Of a stretch of DNA of 64,000 bases, positions 55,099 through 64,000 are shown in pieces. Below the pieces are notes generated by a model. It did not search any database. It worked only from the letters and a program-made list of their open reading frames with translations, and was not told the DNA's origin. The number at the start of each line of letters is the position of its first letter. Position 1 is the first letter of the stretch. Origin of the DNA: Eledone cirrhosa (taxonomy: Eukaryota); NCBI GenBank assembly GCA_964016885.1, contig OZ024753.1, positions 16,678,001-16,742,000 of the forward strand. Direction: 5' to 3'. A program made the position numbers and the translations under genes.

Positions 55099-57350
55099 AG
55101 TTGGTACTAGTTCCACAGTTGGTGTGTTGATAGTCAAAGTTGGTACTAGTTCCACAGTTGGTGTGTTGATAGTCAAAGTTGGTACTAGTTCCACAGTTGG
55201 TGTGTTGATAGTCAAAGTTGGTACTAGTTCCACAGCCCGTGTGTTGATAGTCAAAGTTGGTACTAGATCCACAGTTGGTGTGTTGGTAGTCAAAGTTGGT
55301 ACTAGTTCCACAGTTGGTGTGTTGATAGTCAAAGTTGGTACTAGTTCCACAGTTGGTGTGTTGATAGTCAAAGTTGGTACTAGTTCCACAGTTGGTGTGT
55401 TGATTGTCAAAGTTGGTACTAGTTCCACAGTCTGTGTGTTGATAGTCAAAGTTGGTACTAGTTCCACAGTTGGTGTGTTGATAGTCAAAGTTGGTACTAG
55501 TTCCACAGTTGGTGTGTTGGTAGTCAAAGTTGGTACTAGTTCCACAGTTGGTGTGTTGATAGTCAAAGTTGGTACTAGTTCCACAGTTCATGTGTTGATA
55601 GTCAAAATTGGTACTAGTTCCACAGTTGGTGTGTTGATAGTCAAAGTTGGTACTAGTTCCCCAGTTGGTGTGTTGATAGTCAAAGTTGGTACTAGTTCCA
55701 CAGTTGGTGTGTTGATAGTCAAAGTTGGTACTAGTTCCACAGTTGGTGTGTTGATAGTCAAAGTTGGTACTAGTTCCACAGTTGGTGTGTTGATAGTCAA
55801 AGTTGGTACTAGTTCCCCAGTTGGTGTGTTGATAGTCAAAGTTGGTACTAGTTCCACAGTTGGTGTGTTGATAGTCAAAGTTGGTACTAGTTCCACAGTT
55901 CATGTGTTGATAGTCAAAGTTGGTACTAGTTCCACAGTTAGTGTGTTCATAGTCAAAGTTGGTACTAGTTCCACAGTTAGTGTGTTGATAGTCAAAGTTG
56001 GTACTAGATCCACAGTTGGTGTGTTGGTAGTCAAAGTTGGTACTAGTTCCACAGTTGGTGTGTTGATAGTCAAAGTTGGTACTAGTTCCACAGTTGGTGT
56101 GTTGATAGTCAAAGTTGGTACTAGTTCCACAGTTGGTGTGTTGATAGTCAAAGTTGGTACTAGTTCCACAGTCCGTGTGTTGATAGTCAAAGTTGGTACT
56201 AGTTCCACAGTTGGTGTGTTGATAGTCAAAGTTGGTACTAGTTCCACAGTTGGTGTGTTGATAGTCAAAGTTGGTACTAGTTCCACAGTTGGTGTGTTGA
56301 TAGTCAAAGTTGGTACTAGTTCCACAGTTGGTGTGTTGGTAGTCAAAGTTGGTACTAGTTCCACAGTTGGTGTGTTGATAGTCAAAGTTGGTACTAGTTC
56401 CACAGTTGGTGTGTTGGTAGTCAAAGTTGGTACTAGTTCCACAGTTGGTGTGTTGATAGTCAAAGTTGGTACTAGTTCCACAGTTGGTGTGTTGGTAGTC
56501 AAAGTTGGTACTAGTTCCACATTTGGTGTGTTGATAGTCAAAGTTGGTACTAGTTCCACAGTTGGTGTGTTGATAGTCAAAGTTGGTACTAGTTCCACAG
56601 CCTGTGTGTTGATAGTCAAAGTTGGTACTAGTTCCACAGTTGGTGTGTTGATAGTCAAAGTTGGTACTAGTTCCACAGTTGGTGTGTTGATAGTCAAAGT
56701 TGGTACTAGTTCCACAGTTGGTGTGTTGATAGTCAAAGTTGGTACTAGTTCCACAGTTGGTGTGTTGATAGTCAAAGTTGGTACTAGTTCCACAGTTGGT
56801 GTGTTGATAGTCAAAGTTGGTACTAGTTCCACAGTTGGTGTGTTGGTAGTCAAAGTTGGTACTAGTTCCACAGTTGGTGTGTTGATAGTCAAAGTTGGTA
56901 CTAGTTCCACAGTTGGTGTGTTGGTAGTCAAAGTTGGTACTAGTTCCACAGTTGGTGTGTTGATAGTCAAAGTTGGTACTAGTTCCACAGTTGGTGTGTT
57001 GGTAGTCAAAGTTGGTACTAGTTCCACATTTGGTGTGTTGATAGTCAAAGTTGGTACTAGTTCCACAGTTGGTGTGTTGATAGTCAAAGTTGGTACTAGT
57101 TCCACAGCCCGTGTGTTGATAGTCAAAGTTGGTACTAGTTCCACAGTTGGTGTGTTGATAGTCAAAGTTGGTACTAGTTCCACAGTTGGTGTGTTGATAG
57201 TCAAAGTTGGTACTAGTTCCACAGTTGGTGTGTTGATAGTCAAAGTTGGTACTAGTTCCACAGCCCGTGTGTTGATAGTCAAAGTTGGTACTAGTTCCAC
57301 AGTTGGTGTGTTGATAGTCAAAGTTGGTACTAGTTCCACAGTTAGTGTGT
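55099..57350. repeat. 36-bp tandem array, about 62 units
   Basis: Unit agttggtactagttccacagttggtgtgttgatagtcaa; explains the 785, 479 and 321-aa pseudo-ORFs. Confidence 0.97.
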
Positions 57351-57464
57351 TGGATTGTTGGTTCTTAAAAGATTGTTGTTCCGTTACGTGTGGTTATTGT
57401 CGTTTGTTTCGATTATATTGTTATTACACTGCTGCAGTGTATTGGTTTATCCATAAGGACATAA

Positions 57465-58063
57465 CAGTTTGTTACATTTGAAGTACAGTTTACTAACATG
57501 AGGTCATAACAATTTGTTACATTTGAAGTACAGTTTACTAACATGAGGTCATAGTACTCTTTGTTACATTTGAAGTACAGTTTACTAACATGAGGTCATA
57601 GTACTGTTTGGTACATTTGAAGTACAGTTTACTAACATGAGGTCATAGTACTGTTTGGTACATTTGAAGTACAGTTTACTAACATGAGGTCATAGTACTG
57701 TTTGGTACATTTGAAGTACAGTTTACTAACATGAGGTCATAGTACTGTTTGTTACATTTGAAGTACAGCTTACTAACATGAGGTCATAGTACTGTTTGTT
57801 ACATTTGAAGTACAGCTTACTAACATGAGGTCATAGTACAGTTTGTTACATTTGAAGTACAGTTTACTAACATGAGGTCATAGTACTGTTTGGTACATTT
57901 GAAGTACAGTTTACTAACATGAGGTCATAGTACTGTTTGTTATTTTGAAGTACAGCTTACTAACATGGGGTCATAGTACTGTTTGGTATATTTGAAGTAC
58001 AGCTAGCTAACATGAGATCATAGTACTGTTTGGTACATTTGAAGTACAGCTAGCTAACATGGG
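57465..58063. repeat. 47-bp tandem array, about 13 units
   Basis: Unit tgaagtacagtttactaacatgaggtcatagtactgtttggtacatt. Confidence 0.95.
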
Positions 58064-58239
58064 GTGATGCCGTACAAGGCATTAAGAGTTAATAATAGTA
58101 ATAAAAAGTGACAACAGAAATAAGTATGACACAAAGATGCAATAAGGGGAGAAATAAAAGAAGAAAAGGAGATAATTGAAAGGAGATGAAAGTGGAATTT
58201 AAATAGAATATTGTTTATAGTTGGAGTACATTGTTGGTG

Positions 58240-58900
58240 GGTGGCTTGTGTAGCAGTGGTTGGTGGTGGTGGTGGTGGTGGAGAGGTGTAGTGAGAGGGT
58301 GGTGGTGGTGGAGTAATGCAGTGAGAGGGGGGTGTGGTGGTGGAGAAGGCAGTGAGAGTGTGTGTATGTAGTGGGTGCATACAGACTGCAGTTGGGGTGC
58401 AGTGTGAGGACAGCTGCAGATTAGTGGGAGATGTACAAAGACTGGGGGGAGGGTGCACAGAAACGGTAGGCAGTGAGGGTGTAGAGGGAGAGTGCAGCAG
58501 TAGGAGGGGGACATGGTGGTGGGTGGGGGGACATGACAGTGTGCAGCAGTGGGAGGGGGGGCATGGTGGTGTGCAGCAGTGGGAGGGGGGACATGACAGT
58601 GTGCAGAAGTGGGAGGGGGACATGACAGATTGTAGCAGTGGGAGGGAGGTACATGACTGTGCAGCAGTGGGAGAGGGGGACACGGTGCTGTGCAGCAGTG
58701 GGAGGGTACAGCAATACAACGGTGCAGTTGCAATCAGTGATTAATAAATGTGGTGATGGTGGGGTGAAGGGTGGTAGTGGGGATACTTGATAGTGATAGG
58801 GTGAGGGGGTGGGGGTGGGGATAGTTGAGGGTGAAGGGTGAGGGGGTGGTAGTGGGTGGTGGTGGTGGTGGATGTAGTGGGTGGTGGGATGAGGTTGGGA
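58240..58900. repeat. G-rich low-complexity region with 30-bp minisatellite (gtgcagcagtgggagggggacatgac)
   Basis: Direct reading. Confidence 0.8.
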
Positions 58901-59385
58901 AATGATTGCTGGTGATTTCTATTGTAAATAAGATGCAAGGAATTTGAATTAATATCTACATAATTTTAGTGTGTGTGTGTGTAGTGTATCATACAGGTAT
59001 AAGAACACACACACACACACACATATATCATCATCACTGATTATCATCCATTTTTCCATGCCTGCATGGGTCAGACAGGTTGTCCATATTGGGAGACAAG
59101 TCTGGCCAGAGTTGGCCACACCATGCCTTGCTCCAACAAGGACTGTAAATTTGTCCAGGGATTTTACAGCTTGATACCCTTCCTAACACCAACCCCATTT
59201 ATATATATGTGAAATTTCAACCGCGGTGCCAAGCATTTTTGGCTTGTTTGTTCAGCAAAGCTTCCCAAGAGTATAGTCTACACCCTTGGAAAGACTTGCT
59301 GGACACAAGTTGAAACTGCTTAGAACTGTGGTCGGGATTTTACATAATTCTATAACCACTCTATATCTGCCTGATCATAAAGTTC

Positions 59386-59450
<65 letters not shown>

Positions 59451-59547
59451 TACACACACACATATATGTGCTGAGGATCCGCTAAAGTGAAACAATTGTT
59501 CTAGGTATGGTGAACTAACTGTTGTGTAACCACTTCTATATATATAT

Positions 59548-59712
59548 ATAGGAAAAAGTTTGACCACAACGGCAGAGCTCAAGCCATTTTGATGTCTATT
59601 TCTGGACTCCGTCGATGTCAAACTTTTTCCTATTACCCACTCTACTACCCTAAGTATTGAGTACTCTGGTGCATTATGGTCCATCTGGTTCCTTACCACA
59701 CCTCCTTCGTTA
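59548..59712 (+). mobile_element. Partially collapsed palindromic PLE-like element (family of 5215 and 20652)
   Basis: ataggaaaaagtttgac..gtcaaactttttcctat plus tail actc..gagtactc. Confidence 0.65.
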
Positions 59713-60168
59713 TATACATATATATATATACACACAATTGGAAGGTTGTGACGGTCAGCCAACATCTGCGAAAGAACAAAATTCAGAGTTTGCACAAAGT
59801 ACTCAATAAGAATCTATCAATAAATCTATAGGTTACATCTTAGAGTAATAAACATATGTTAAATGGTGTGGCAAATTGAAAACTGTGTTTAAGGGGACAA
59901 AGTCACAGAAGCCACCACAACAATGAAAATACAATTAGGTTAAATAACAACCATGGATCGTTTCAAAGGGTATAATATCCTCGATTGGTTTCTATCAATC
60001 CAAAATCAACAATCAGACTTGCGCAACATACAAGTTTTTGGTATTTGTAGACCGAAACGGGGGCTCACGTTATCAACAGGTTTCCGTTCTGTGCCTTACA
60101 TATATATATATATTTTTTAAAATTTAATTATGTAATAAACAACACAGATAGAAATGTTTAATAAAGAT

Positions 60169-60239
60169 TTCTATCTGATGAGCAATCTCAGACGTTTCTG
60201 TTAGAATCGTCTAACTTCGCGAAACCTTGGGTAATGGAA
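60169..60239 (+). ncRNA. Type-I hammerhead ribozyme
   Basis: uucuau CUGAUGA gc..agacg..cgucu..gc GAAA cc-uug-gG UA auggaa; enclosed by tatgtaataaacaacaca / tgtgttgtttattacata inverted repeat; tail gctct..agagcactc. Confidence 0.72.
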
Positions 60240-60494
60240 TAATTATATTGTGTTGTTTATTACATAAATAGCTCTGTACTATACTTAGAGCACTCTCTTT
60301 CCTTTACCTTTTCTATGGAAATATTTAGCACACACACACACACACACACACAGATGCATTAAAACCTATAAAATTTTGTTGGTGAAAATAGAAATAGCCA
60401 GAGTCAAATATAAAATACTTAATACATGCTGTATGTGGTGTGAAAGTGTTTTTACCATTTACTATTAAAGCATTAAAAGTTTAACCATAGAATA

Positions 60495-60715
60495 GATGGT
60501 GATGGTGGGGATGGTGATGGTGGGGATGGTGATGGTGGGGATGATGATGCATCTCATTGATGTCCCTAATAACTTGAGTACCTGTTGCTGTTGTAGTTGT
60601 TGCTGTTGTTGTTGTTGTAGTTGTTGCTGTTGTTGTTGCTGCTGTTGTTGCTGTTGTTGTTGTTGCTGTTGTTGTTGCTGCTGTTGTAGTTGTTGTTGTT
60701 GTTGTTGCTGTTGTA
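60495..60715. repeat. (GATGGT)-type and (GTT/GCT)n microsatellites
   Basis: Direct reading. Confidence 0.9.
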
Positions 60716-61943
60716 AATCTAAAGTGTCTCATTAATGCCAAAATAAAATAAGAAAATAAACTCTACAGGTCTATGTCAAAACTTCAGTTCTCACCCAAGT
60801 CTTTGATCAGTTGTCACAGCTAAGTGGCTGATTAAAAACATCAAACAACAACAACAGCAACAACGTCAAGCAACAATAACAGCAACAACAACAACTAGCC
60901 ACAACAACAACAACTAGGTATCCTAAATCTGGATTTAATAAATTATTTCATTCTTTTCATTTTAACACCAGATCTTTCACTGGTTCTGACAGAAAAATGT
61001 ATTAATTTTACTTGAGTCTCTCCATATTTTGTTTTCTTTCTTTGTCTTTCTGTCTCTAATTCCTTCATCTTCTGAGATAAACACACACCTATCAATCCAT
61101 CCATATATTCTTGAGAGGATACTTCAGTTACATCAAAGACCTGACAATTTCCATAGTGTTGTGTTGCTACCACTATAAAACCACAGCCGGTATATTCTAT
61201 AAAAGGCAGAGAATTAGCAGAGTCATAACACGGTCAGATAGAATGTTTTACGGTTTTCATTTCGGCACTTTGCTCTCTGATTTCAAATCCCACCGAGGTC
61301 AATAAAAAATGTATCAGTCAAGTACTGGGGTCAATTCTCAATCTATATCTCTTTCTCACCTCTATTCTATCATTCACTCTCTTTGCTGTATTCAGACCTA
61401 GAGTGGAGATGGGCTTTGCCTGGTTTAAAAAATGTCCAAGAAATGCCATATGTCAATACAGTGCCTCTATGACTCCCTCGGGATAGAGAAGAGAAAACAT
61501 GTTGTAAAATAGTTGTTGCTAGGAATGGCACCCAGCTGTAGAAAATTTACAAAACATGGGGTTGAGTGGACCTTTCAGTTATATGAAAGACACGACAATC
61601 TCTTTAGTGTTTGGTCCCATGAAACAATTCATCCAGTACACTCTGTAAAGTGCTGAAACCTATGTAACATGGGAGCCTACAATCTATTTATCTGAGGGAA
61701 GGGTGGCTCTAGCTCTGACAACTACTGACTTAGTGGTTTGTGGGGACTCAGGAAAATCATGACTAACTTGGAAGAATGGACAGTAAATGATGAAACACAC
61801 ACACACATATATACACATACACACACATACATACACACACACACATATATACACATGCATACACACACATACACATACACACATACATACACATACACAC
61901 ATACATACACATACACACACATACATACACACACACACACACA

Positions 61944-61975
<32 letters not shown>

Positions 61976-62039
61976 CAAAACATCAAATATGTTTAGAATT
62001 TTGTTTCTCAATAAGCAAGCTCAATAGACTTTATCTAGA

Positions 62040-62119
<80 letters not shown>

Positions 62120-62120
<1 letters not shown>

Positions 62121-62660
62121 CGTTTCTGAATTTGTTTAGCAAGATTCTTTATCTGAAAATGTGTGTTGAAACCGATATTGTTATGCTTTGGGAGGGTCAT
62201 GTTGCCAATAAGAAACACACGCACCAGTTGCTTTCACTCCAATTTATTATAAATTAAATTTATAAATTTAAGAATTTATAAATTTCCGGTTGGTTGGTTG
62301 GTTCCACAACCAGACGGTTGTTCATATATTGTCAAAGTTCTTTCGTCACACATTCTGTGACCTCTTCAGTGACTGGGGATTCTTTTCTTTGTTTTTGTGC
62401 CTCTCCTTTGTTCTGTCCTATGCCATCTTGTAACAAGATGGCATAAGACAGAACAAAGGAGAGGCACAAAACAAAGAAAAGAATCCCCAGTCACTGAAGA
62501 GGTCACAGAATGTGTGACGAAAGAACTTTGACAATGTATGAACAACCGTCCGGTTATGGAACCAACCAACCGGAAATTTATAAATTTAATTTATAATATA
62601 TTGGAGTGAAAGCATCTGGTGCGTGTGTTTCTTATTTGTAACATGACCCTCCCAAAGCAT

Positions 62661-62667
<7 letters not shown>
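62120..62667 (-). mobile_element. Long palindrome (centre about 62432) plus tail; hammerhead in each arm
   Basis: Arms about 62175-62431 and 62433-62667; guca CUGAAGA ggucac-agaaugu-gugac GAAA gaacUU ugac at 62490-62532; (TA)n on both sides. Confidence 0.78.
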
Positions 62668-62709
<42 letters not shown>

Positions 62710-62837
62710 CTAGCTTTAATGTCATTTCACCATGTGCTTCTCAGGATATGGTAGCATTGGACTTAGCTGTAGATATTGGATGGTATATTGATTTATTTAC
62801 CATCTTCATTCTATATTTCTCTTAGAATGGTGAGACT

Positions 62838-62993
62838 AAACCGCTGAAGAGTACCTTCGTCTCATGTGGTTTAATTATAATCAAAAGTTTGTCTTCGATG
62901 ATCGATTATATTGATTGATTTTTTTCCGATGATTAATTATGTAGATTGATTTTGAGCTACACTCTCCAGGTTTGAAATAGCGCTATAAGGTTT
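62838..62993 (+). ncRNA. Hammerhead candidate with a stem-II domain of about 120 nt
   Basis: aaaccg CUGAAGA guacc..(long)..gguuu GAAA uagcgcuA UA agguuu. Confidence 0.5.
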
Positions 62994-63504
62994 CTCTTAT
63001 TATTCCACCTGTGTACATATTCTTCTATAGAATATGTAGAATATGTATTTGGTATATATACAGTATACTGTGTCTCTTGTACAATATGTTTCTCTCTCTA
63101 TATATATACATATCTCTTCTTCATTTGCTTATATATATATAAGAATGGGTTCTACAGGACTAGACCTGGTTCATTCAAAAGAAATCGTCAGGAAAGCTAT
63201 TAATGTATTGAGTACCTTATTAACTGTGGTTAGTCCCTATTGAACCCAGCTTCAATATATATATATATATAAACAAATGTGAGCTAGACAGCGTTGTTTA
63301 AATCATGATAGAAGATAGTTTTAACTAAACAGATGGACTAAGAGAGAGTATTAAACATACAGACATAGCAACAGATTGATATGTTGGTATTCTTATGTTT
63401 AAAATTAATGTATTTATGAAAATATAACAATAATAGTTTCTTTGCACAGATGATATAATGTTGTAATGGATACAGTTAAGTAGGACACATTATATAATAA
63501 TAAT

Positions 63505-63792
63505 AATGAAATTATTGTGTAAAGTGCTCAGGTGCACTACAACTCGTCAAAGGTGTATGTATAGTACATAGAATAATACACAAATGTCAGGGAAGTACAT
63601 GTGTGTATGTGTTGGCGGATCTCGGGAAGCATGGAGGCCTTAAAGGATGCAGTGTCTCGACAGCTAACAATTGATGCAGGTAGTTTGTTCCATGCTTCAG
63701 CAACTCTGAGCGTGAAAGAATGTTTCCGAAAGTCATGGGAACTGTGCTGTTTTCTTACTTTGTGGGCATGTCTACGTGTGTTAGACACATAT
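63505..63792 (-). mobile_element. CR1-like LINE 3' end
   Basis: TRRHAHKV..FRKHSFTLRVAEAWNKLPASIV..ASFK; (ATT)n tail. Confidence 0.8.
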
Positions 63793-63805
63793 AATGAGAA
63801 ACAAG

Positions 63806-63992
63806 GTGGATTGGCAGTATCGGTAGAGGGTCGGACGCCATGCTTTGACGCAAAGAGTTACGGCTCTTTATGGTCTGAGTCCAAATCCCGCCGAGGTCAA
63901 CTTTGCCTTTCATCCTTACGGGGTCGATAAAATAAAATACCAGTAATACACTGGGTAATTGCTGGCCTTGTGCCAAAATTAGAAACAATTAT
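63806..63992 (+). mobile_element. Meta-domain-like SINE
   Basis: Family match. Confidence 0.85.
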
Positions 63993-64000
63993 ATAATAAG

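Noticed and set aside
55099-58063. CRISPR-like arrays or long repeat proteins (785, 479, 321 aa)
   Set aside because: Head-to-tail units without unique spacers, no cas genes, eukaryotic context; the ORFs arise from 36-bp periodicity
60496-60735. Poly-Cys ORF
   Set aside because: (GTT/GCT)n microsatellite

Overview
Eukaryotic, AT-rich, repeat-saturated window; the repeat repertoire suggests a cephalopod (octopus-like) genome, which is inference only. There is no intact long gene: nearly all ORF-track entries are translations of microsatellites, minisatellites or retrotransposon remnants. Recognisable content: several RTE-clade LINE copies (APE, RT with YADD, PHD-like finger, (ATG)n tails), CR1-like and Expander-like LINE remnants, two abundant tRNA-headed SINE families (CORE-like with RTE tail; Meta-domain-like), bipartite non-autonomous RTE derivatives, DNA-transposon MITEs (hAT, TTAA/piggyBac-like, mariner, pogo-like), a DD37D transposase fragment, a small Helitron, and many minisatellites, several seeded inside retroelements. 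A few short candidate + strand exons join in frame into an FN3-like peptide. The most striking unannotated signal is a dense set of about 12 loci of small, mostly palindromic, mostly (TA)n-flanked elements from several unrelated families. They carry type-I hammerhead ribozyme cores, including a compensatory U3-A8 variant and a long stem-II variant, and several families share an ACTC...GAGT tail hairpin. This is most consistent with non-autonomous Penelope-like pLTR or retrozyme derivatives. All coordinates were read by eye and ends are approximate.
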